Shown: in pieces, positions 63,607 through 64,000 of the stretch
Position numbering within the stretch: the stretch's first letter is position 1
Layout: each line of letters opens with the position of its first letter
DNA from: Negaprion brevirostris
Lineage: Eukaryota
Length of the DNA stretch: 64,000 nt
Assembly: GCA_030324005.1 (NCBI GenBank)
Contig: JARDVH010000073.1
Location: forward strand, 48,823,502 to 48,887,501
Direction: 5' to 3'
Notes under the pieces: generated by a model
Seen by the model: the letters and a program-made list of their open reading frames with translations, nothing else
Databases searched by the model: none
What the model was told of the DNA's origin: nothing
Made by a program: the position numbers and the translations under genes

Positions 63607-63893
63607 TTATTTATTAGTGTCATAAGTAGGCTTACACTCACGCTGCAATGAAGTTACTGTGAAAATCCCCTGGTCGCCACACTCCGGTGCCAGTTCAGGT
63701 ACACTGAGGGAGAATTTAGTATGGCCACTGCACCTACCCTGCAAAATCTTTGGACTGTGGGAGGAAACCAGAGCACCTGGAGGAAACCCATGCAGACACG
63801 GGAGAATGTACAAACTCCACACATTCAGTGACCCAAGCCTGGTATCGAACCTGGGACCTTGGTGCTGGGAGGCACCAGTACCACCGTGCAGCC
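63607..63893 (-). mobile_element. V-SINE with alternative tail
   Basis: tttattagtgtcataagtaggcttaca..ctgcaatgaagttactgtgaaaatcccctggtcgccacactccgg, followed by the HE1-like core and head. Confidence 0.85.
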
Positions 63894-64000
63894 AAGAAAA
63901 CATGGTCTGGATTATTGCCATGGCACGAAAGCACTGCATCATCGTGCAAAACTTGGAAATGGCCTAAATCTCTAAGCACCATCACTGCCTGTCCCATCTT

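Noticed and set aside
36000-64000. A second host gene downstream
   Set aside because: No ORF or exon chain with recognisable protein motifs; all identifiable coding remnants belong to retroelements.

Overview
Eukaryotic DNA, most likely a cartilaginous fish (shark), inferred from HE1-type V-SINEs, DeuSINE-like elements and CR1 LINEs. It is a gappy draft assembly with many N runs, a poly-G artefact and duplications flanking gaps. The only host gene I can support is the 3' end of a GON-domain ADAMTS metalloprotease on the + strand, most like ADAMTS20. Eight coding exons between 4405 and 30812 splice in frame with GT-AG sites into 313 aa (the last TSP1 repeats plus the complete GON domain). A probable intron starts 8 nt after the stop codon, followed by a repeat-poor terminal 3'UTR exon of about 3.7 kb (about 32330-35995). 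The rest is intronic or intergenic and rich in repeats: a decayed RTE LINE with a nested SINE, CR1/L2 fragments, several SINE families (two share a head but differ in tail), Harbinger Myb/SANT relics, MITEs, and Penelope-type terminal fragments carrying minimal hammerhead ribozyme cores. I see no CRISPR array, rRNA or prokaryotic-type system, and nothing I can call a new biological system with confidence. The best leads are the SINE tail that forms the last coding exon's splice acceptor, the post-stop intron, the hammerhead relics (one apparently broken by a micro-inversion) and the tail-swapped SINEs. Family names are recalled from memory, not from a database search.
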